Part shown: one piece after another, positions 40,451 to 43,768 of the stretch | Numbering within the stretch: position 1 is the first letter of the stretch | Layout of the letters: every line of letters starts with the position of its first letter | DNA from: Aduncisulcus paluster | Taxonomy: Eukaryota | Direction of reading: 5' to 3' | DNA: 43,768 nt | NCBI GenBank assembly: GCA_024181965.1 | Contig: BQXS01010878.1 | Coordinates: 1-43,768 of the forward strand | Notes under the pieces: model-generated | The model's input: only the letters and a program-made list of their open reading frames with translations | What the model was told of the DNA's origin: nothing | Database searches by the model: none | Translations under genes and position numbers: made by a program

Positions 40451-42913
40451 ATGGGTTCAACTGTATCTTCTGCACAAATTATACGAATTGAGTACATGCG
40501 TAAAGGAAGTGAAAATTGCTGTCCTATTCCTCTTGATTCCCCCAATATTAAGAATCCTGAGTACGAAATTATTAAAGCGAAAGATGGAACCAAGAAAGAA
40601 GATGGTAAAGGGTATGATCAGAGTTCTAATGCACAAGCAATGATGAAAAGAGATTTTAATCGTGGGCAATTTACCCATATTTCCATTCCTTTCTCAACAG
40701 CTTCCCCAATTAAAGGCATCTATATCTGTTTATTTGGCCATTCTTCAGACTCCCCACCATCTTTTCTTATCTTCACCTTCACATCTTCCGAGGGTGAAAA
40801 AATATCCAAGAGATGCAATTTTGATAGTTTTGATCCTGATGCCAAATACAGAAGGTGGTATCGGCTCCCTATTGATCTATCTGACATCATTTTGTGTGAG
40901 ATTACAGGAAAAGGAAGGAAACAAGAGTATTTTAATATTTTAAACCTTGTTTTCTTCCGAGAAGAAACCTCTGAGGAAACTGTGGTTCGTAAAGCCCAGG
41001 AGAAACTTTGGTCTGAAGCTACAGTTGTGAAACCAGAGTTTATTAAGGAAGGGGGGAAAGATGACATTCCAATTCCCCGTGATCATCCAAAACTTGTCAA
41101 TCCTTATTTCTCAATGGTTAAGGGCAAGAACGATTCGTATGGTAAGGTATCCAAGGAGTATGATCAGAGTTATCAGGCACAAAAAATGTTGAAAGGGGAC
41201 GCTTTGGTATGCTTGTCCCATCTTTCCATTCCTTTCTCATCACCTTGTCCTATGAAAGGTGCTTATATCTGTGTGGAAGAGCCTCATGGTTCACCCTCCC
41301 TTCTTTTGACTTTCACTGATTGTGATGGCAAGAAGACATCCAAAAAGTATGAATTTCCAATTTGGCCAAAACATGGTTTTGAATGGTATTTTCTTCCTAT
41401 TGATTTGTCAAATATTGTGTTGTGTGAGATTCAAGGGAAAGGAATGTGGCGCGAGAAACAAAGTAGATGTTTCTGGTTGAACTCCCTTGTTTTTCTTCGA
41501 GATGATATTTCATCTCTTCCTCTCTCTTTCTTTCCTTCCAGTTCCTCCAAGAAACCCGTATCAGAACTGTCTTTGGAACTCGCTAAAGGAGAGAAAGAGA
41601 AAGGGGGATCTTCAAAGCACGATTCACTAACCCTGACATCTGCATCCACCATCACTCCTCAGTGCATCATTGGCAGTGGTGGATTTGGGGAGGTTCTTCT
41701 TGTCAAAGTTGATGGCATTCCTTTCCCATGTGTTCTGAAGAAGATGCTTCAGATTGCGGACAAAACTGTTGTGAAAGGGTGTCGGAAGGAGTTTAAAGTG
41801 CAACTCAAGTTGTTTACGAATCCCAAATGTTTCAACCGTATCCCACGTCCTCTGTATATCCTTGACCTGCTTGATTGCGATATGAAAGGTGTGTATGGCT
41901 TCCTGATGGAGTTCTGTGTTGGAGGCAGTGTGAGTGCGTTTGCCAAGCGTTGGTGTGCTGATGGCAAGTATGTGAGTGTTGATGATACTGCTGATGATAG
42001 TGAACCCTCAGACTCAGATTCACTCTATCCCTCCACGCACGCCAATGACAGTGTTGTTGACACTGCTGTGCTTGAAATTAATCCCATGACACTGAACCCT
42101 GTGAAAGTGTGTTCGTTATGTGTTGGGATGATCGAGTGTCTTGATGATGTGTTCACGGCTAAGCCAATGCTTGTGCATCGAGATGTGAAACCTGACAACT
42201 TCCTTGTTCGTGTTGATCCCAAAGATGGGGAATGCTCCGTTGTCCTTGCAGATCTTGGATTCGTGCAGATCCAGGATTCCGTCTCCTCTTCAACATCTTC
42301 CCAACAAATTGATTCCTCAATATCAACCAAAGTGGATAGCAGTGGAAAGAAGGAAACTGAACAAGCTATTGGTTCAAATTGTGGGACTCTTGTTTACAAC
42401 GCGTTTGAAACATTAACGGAAGGTCTTCAAACCCAGAGCAGTGATGCCTATTCTCTTGGATTATCTATCCTTTCTTTATTCACTTGTCTTCCGCCCTTTC
42501 TCGGTCACCCAGGTCTTCGTGGGATCATTGATCGTCTGCAATTCATGACAATGCTGTCCGATTTGATAAAAACTGGTATGTCCCCAAAACTTTCCAGTTC
42601 TCCACTTTTCAAAACACTTTTAACCATTGATGATGGTATGTACGAACCCATTCATAAAGTGTTGAATGAAGTGTTCACAGGTCTTACTTTCCCTGATGCT
42701 GACAAACGCATGAGTGTGCACCAAGCTAGTGTTAAAGTCCAATCCATCAAACCTTTCTTGCCCAAGATCGGAGAAGGCTATGAATGCCCAAACATTGATG
42801 ACATTATCCGTGAGCAACGCAAGAAGTATGGTGGCTCTGTTGGAATCATTGAAGGAATGAGATGTGGTGTTGTTGGTGTTGAGCATGAGGAAGGATGGGA
42901 TCAGAGTCTGTGA
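40451..42913 (+). CDS. Protein kinase fused behind two copies of the lineage-specific domain; N-myristoylation motif (MGSTVS)
   Basis: Residues 1-350 match 14155..15258. Kinase motifs IGSGGFGEV, VLKK, LMEFC, VHRDVKPDNFL, ADLG, GTLVYNAFE, SDAYSLG. Confidence 0.92.
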   Translation: MGSTVSSAQIIRIEYMRKGSENCCPIPLDSPNIKNPEYEIIKAKDGTKKEDGKGYDQSSNAQAMMKRDFNRGQFTHISIPFSTASPIKGIYICLFGHSSDSPPSFLIFTFTSSEGEKISKRCNFDSFDPDAKYRRWYRLPIDLSDIILCEITGKGRKQEYFNILNLVFFREETSEETVVRKAQEKLWSEATVVKPEFIKEGGKDDIPIPRDHPKLVNPYFSMVKGKNDSYGKVSKEYDQSYQAQKMLKGDALVCLSHLSIPFSSPCPMKGAYICVEEPHGSPSLLLTFTDCDGKKTSKKYEFPIWPKHGFEWYFLPIDLSNIVLCEIQGKGMWREKQSRCFWLNSLVFLRDDISSLPLSFFPSSSSKKPVSELSLELAKGEKEKGGSSKHDSLTLTSASTITPQCIIGSGGFGEVLLVKVDGIPFPCVLKKMLQIADKTVVKGCRKEFKVQLKLFTNPKCFNRIPRPLYILDLLDCDMKGVYGFLMEFCVGGSVSAFAKRWCADGKYVSVDDTADDSEPSDSDSLYPSTHANDSVVDTAVLEINPMTLNPVKVCSLCVGMIECLDDVFTAKPMLVHRDVKPDNFLVRVDPKDGECSVVLADLGFVQIQDSVSSSTSSQQIDSSISTKVDSSGKKETEQAIGSNCGTLVYNAFETLTEGLQTQSSDAYSLGLSILSLFTCLPPFLGHPGLRGIIDRLQFMTMLSDLIKTGMSPKLSSSPLFKTLLTIDDGMYEPIHKVLNEVFTGLTFPDADKRMSVHQASVKVQSIKPFLPKIGEGYECPNIDDIIREQRKKYGGSVGIIEGMRCGVVGVEHEEGWDQSL

Positions 42914-43269
42914 GAGGAAAGTTTATTCGGAATGAACAGATCGTTATGAACAATAAGAGAAGAGTTCCTTTCTCTTGAAATTACTCCGGAGTAACTTCCT
43001 CCGGTAAAACGTATTTTCAAAAAGTTACTCCGTTTAAACCTCGTTAAAATAAATATTTATTGTATTTAATAATATTCTTATTATAATTTATTAAAGTATT
43101 ATGTGGCCATTATATCAATATTATCTTATTTCATGAGATATATTTCCAAGGTTTGTAAGAATTACCACTTGGCCATTTTAGTGGTAATTTTGGGAAAATT
43201 TTGGCTTTTAGTGGTAAAAATCACGATTTTGAGAGGCCTAAAACATCATTTTTTTGAAATATAAATTTG

Positions 43270-43768
43270 GGGAAAAATCAGTATTTTGGATGCATTACGG
43301 AATATGACCAAGGAAAGACTTGGGCAAAGTCAAGAATGTGAAGGTATTTGGCCTAACCTTGGCGTTACATGCTCAATATTCCAAGGCAAACAGCAAAGAT
43401 AAGAAACAGAAAGAGAAAGAGGAAGAGGAAGGGGAGAAATCTACAAGAGGACAAGAAATAGCAGACAAATTGATAAAGTTCTTCTCAGACCTGAAGATCA
43501 AGCCAACTTTTATCATCACACGACGCTCTCATGCAGAATGTTGGCAAGAGATTATATGATGACAAAAAATATACAATGATAAAAATATTTGGTGTTTGGC
43601 ACCAATTAGATTTGTTAATTGGGGATTTTTTTAAAACCAAAAGATATAAATTCATTCCTGATTTAATCACCATTATATCCTCTCAGAAGCATCGAAAGCA
43701 ACTTTTGTCCTCTTACCACGTTAAATCGGTAACAAAATGTCTCACTCGCTGGGTAGAAAATGTCGATT
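43270..43768 (+). mobile_element. Degenerate hAT-family transposase fragment (frameshifted, runs off the window)
   Basis: A +1 shift at ~43521 gives TRGQEIADKLIKFFSDLKIKPTFIIT-DALMQNVGKRL...IFGVWHQLDLLIGDFF...VTKCLTRWVEN. This follows the hAT order T.e.ia / ivTD / CxxHxLxL / TRW. The second frame is open to the window end. Confidence 0.6.

Noticed and set aside
1-43768. Prokaryotic origin of the window, or tRNA, rRNA and CRISPR features
   Set aside because: Spliceosomal introns, ESCRT-III, PA28, STE20 and cap methyltransferase show it is eukaryotic. No tRNA, rRNA or repeat-spacer array was recognised by eye.

Overview
Gene-dense, AT-rich, intron-poor eukaryotic scaffold. It most likely comes from a free-living anaerobic fornicate metamonad (Aduncisulcus/Carpediemonas-like); this is an inference from the HydG, ADP-forming acetyl-CoA synthetase and Cpn10 genes, the GTATGT introns and a lineage-specific repeated domain. 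It holds about 21 protein genes: a SMYD-like SET protein, a beta-alpha fused ADP-forming ACS, HydG, DeSI/PPPDE-PUL, a J-protein, an RRM protein, an ALG5-like protein, Vps60, PA28, Trm8, Cpn10, a PWWP-BAH-ePHD chromatin reader, a Fray/OSR1-like STE20 kinase, the mRNA cap methyltransferase, Yip1 and several unknowns. Six 20-N gaps with duplicated flanks split several genes artefactually. The most striking pattern is an unnamed ~150-170 aa domain found in three genes with three architectures: alone, fused to a protein kinase, and (divergent copy) fused to a coiled coil and a ComEC-type metallo-beta-lactamase fold. This suggests a modular sensor-effector family. A frameshifted hAT-type transposase, only partly captured by the ORF track, starts at the right edge. 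A MITE-like inverted repeat sits upstream of the kinase fusion. All calls rest on motif recognition by eye; no searches were run.
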